A stretch of 64,000 bases of DNA from the NCBI GenBank assembly GCA_030533235.1, contig JAUNJN010000002.1, positions 1,462-65,461 of the forward strand. Reading direction: 5' to 3'. Positions 62,029 to 64,000 of the stretch are shown here, piece by piece (the stretch's first letter is position 1; the number at the start of each line of letters is the position of its first letter). The DNA comes from Eubacteriales bacterium (lineage in GTDB: Bacteria > Bacillota > Clostridia > Lachnospirales > Lachnospiraceae). The notes under the pieces are model-generated. The model was not told where the DNA came from and did not search any database. It worked only from the letters and a program-made list of their open reading frames with translations. Both the position numbers and the translations under genes were made by a program.

Positions 62029-63495
62029 TTAGTATGCCAGAATAAAGCCTTCGCCTTCTTCGATACTTGCACTCTTTGAATTTCCAACGTTGTATGCATC
62101 CGCATGTGCAAGAATCGTTGTACGTTCTGATAAATAATCAACATCATCGGTTTCTTCACCGTTTACATAATATGTCTCACCAATCTTTTGCACATATGAA
62201 ATTTGCGTGAGGTTTGCTCCGTCATATTGTACCAAACTATCTTCATCTCCGCCATCTCTGCTAAATGCAATCGGATAACCAATCAAATAGCTGTCTCTGC
62301 AAAAACTCTTTACATTGACATAATTAACAAACTTACATTCACCTTCTCTGTAAGTGTAAATATAACAGCCTATATAATCATTGCCGACATCTTTGCTGCT
62401 AAATAAAAACATTTCCGGAATACCGTTTCCGTCAATATCATGCAAAACTACCGAATCCGGCTTCAGTCTGTCATAGCGTTCCAAAATATAACGTCCGGTC
62501 TCAAAACCTGACAAATTATTTTTACGTGCCTCTTCATCAAGCATTCGATCAATGTATGCGAGCTGCCACTCATCTGCCATATCTTGTTTTACGGAAGTTA
62601 AATCAATTTCATCCCCATAACACTCAGAAATTTTTTCCATAAGACTCACAGCCTCAACCTTCATTCCTGTCTGAACATACTCGTTCAGCAAATCCGTATA
62701 ATATGTTTTTCCGGTCGAATAGGCTTCTTCATGCAGATTTTCAAACGAGGCAAGATACTTCGTATCATGCGAATCCGGAGTTGCAAGCTCCAAAAGTTCA
62801 ATCGCCTTAAAATAGTCCTCATCATCAAACGCTGCCTGCGCATCGGCATAAATCTGTCGATATTCTTCCACACATGCAATATTGTTGCTGATTACCGTGA
62901 TGTATTCTGCCGCATCCGTATATGACATGCCGGCCAATGTCTCCGCAAAAGCCAACGCCTGCTCAGAAGTCATCTCTTCATTTAGGTATTTTACATAGGT
63001 CTCATTCAGCATTTCCATCAACGCTTGTTCTTTCGATGTATTGTCAATACGTAGTCGAACCGCGCGAAGCTGTTTGCTAAGTTCAAATGCCTTGTTGCTG
63101 TCAAAAGCACGATTTGCATCCTCGATTCCCTTAATATCCTTCTTGAACTCATTATAAGTAACATCTGGCATGTAGGTTATCATAATCTTTCCCGTCTCAT
63201 CAATGCTGTTAATTGCATCAAAGGAAGCCGCAATCTGTTCGTAAGTTACTTTTTCTTTTAGATACTGTTCACACAAATGTATCGCATAATCATCCAAATA
63301 ACCTTGAACCTTTTGCTGCTGGCTATAGTTTAAATTGTCATAATTTTCCTGTGTAACCTGCCAGTTACCCGCCTCAACGCCTTCAAACAAACGTTGAATT
63401 TTGAAATATGGATTCAACACAATAAACGCAGCTGTTCCTTCCAGTGCAATCAGAATCCAAAACACAATAATGATATTTCTCCATGTTTTTTTCAT
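62029..63495 (-). CDS. Hypothetical membrane-anchored protein (helical/TPR-like region plus a beta domain)
   Basis: N-terminal TM; AQAAFDDEDYFKAIELL; DIDGNGIPEM loop. Confidence 0.7.
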   Translation of the reverse strand: MKKTWRNIIIVFWILIALEGTAAFIVLNPYFKIQRLFEGVEAGNWQVTQENYDNLNYSQQQKVQGYLDDYAIHLCEQYLKEKVTYEQIAASFDAINSIDETGKIMITYMPDVTYNEFKKDIKGIEDANRAFDSNKAFELSKQLRAVRLRIDNTSKEQALMEMLNETYVKYLNEEMTSEQALAFAETLAGMSYTDAAEYITVISNNIACVEEYRQIYADAQAAFDDEDYFKAIELLELATPDSHDTKYLASFENLHEEAYSTGKTYYTDLLNEYVQTGMKVEAVSLMEKISECYGDEIDLTSVKQDMADEWQLAYIDRMLDEEARKNNLSGFETGRYILERYDRLKPDSVVLHDIDGNGIPEMFLFSSKDVGNDYIGCYIYTYREGECKFVNYVNVKSFCRDSYLIGYPIAFSRDGGDEDSLVQYDGANLTQISYVQKIGETYYVNGEETDDVDYLSERTTILAHADAYNVGNSKSASIEEGEGFILAY

Positions 63496-63506
63496 AATTG
63501 CACCTC

Positions 63507-64000
63507 CTACTCCTCTGCCTCATTTTCCGTTTCGTCATCCTGCAGGGTATCGTCCGCCTGATTTTCTGCATCAGTTTCGGTTGCATCTGTAGGCGTTGCA
63601 TCGGATGTATATCCAACCGGTACAAGACTTTCCCAAGTGCTCGCATCACTGTTGCTCGATATTTCCGGATAAACAAATTCCGTATGCGCTGAATTATCCT
63701 TCACATAGGATGGTGCAAACATCATATACCAAACCAAAAAGGCAATTAAACCGGTTCCAACAACAAACAGTATAATCGTAATAATACCAAATCCGCGTAG
63801 ACCGCCGGATGCTCTGTTAACATCTGCTTTTTTGGCTTCTCTCTTTGCCATGGATGTCTCTAACGCAGTTTTCTTTTTTTCTTCTTTTGTCGCCTTTTTT
63901 GCAGCTTTTCGTTCTGCACGAGTCATGTATTCCTCTTCGGTTTCGGACTCAGACTCATATTCTTCGGGTGCTTCTTCTGTTGTTTCCTCCACTTCCTCGG
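63507..64000 (-). CDS. Hypothetical acidic single-TM protein, C-terminal part (open to the window end)
   Basis: Frame is open past 63992; acidic region, basic helix, TM, acidic S/T-rich tail. Confidence 0.65.
   Translation of the reverse strand, partial: EEVEETTEEAPEEYESESETEEEYMTRAERKAAKKATKEEKKKTALETSMAKREAKKADVNRASGGLRGFGIITIILFVVGTGLIAFLVWYMMFAPSYVKDNSAHTEFVYPEISSNSDASTWESLVPVGYTSDATPTDATETDAENQADDTLQDDETENEAEE

Noticed and set aside
1-64000. CRISPR arrays, tRNA/rRNA, transposases, integrases, phage or defence genes
   Set aside because: No repeat-spacer periodicity, RNA gene signature or such protein motif seen; intergenic gaps are short

Overview
Gene-dense, AT-rich chromosomal segment from a low-GC Bacillota (gene content and order suggest Lachnospiraceae/Clostridia; inference). 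It is mostly housekeeping and metabolic DNA on the minus strand. Contents: ABC-2 exporter/NUDIX/GNAT/flotillin genes; pdxST; a large phosphate locus (two-domain PPK2, pstSCAB-phoU, Na/Pi symporter, PhoB/PhoR, HD protein); two GGDEF-EAL genes; pdxR-pdxK; mutY; MATE; tcdA/dtd; an amino-acid ABC importer; reverse rubrerythrin; murF; an FMN-riboswitch rib operon; a 906-aa Sel1-repeat protein; hprK-glcK-murB-rapZ-whiA-HPr; glgCD-spoVG; nfeD-SPFH; and an aconitase-family hydratase. I saw no rRNA, tRNA, CRISPR array, prophage or transposase, and no clear multi-gene novel system. Best leads: (1) an uncalled 56-aa two-TM ORF between phoU and the Na/Pi symporter; (2) Pho-box-like arrays with identical spacing at two promoters; (3) a shared three-motif PdxR-type operator at pdxST and pdxK about 20 kb apart; (4) the rib operon extended by overlapping genes for a Cof phosphatase, a His-less LytS-type pseudokinase and a DUF1189-like protein; (5) a Sel1/PsbP-like duplicated-module protein; (6) an in-frame UGA at a likely Cys position in an EAL protein; (7) a His15Asp HPr; (8) a GC-rich multi-hairpin intergenic element. 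All family calls are from motif recognition by eye, with no database search.
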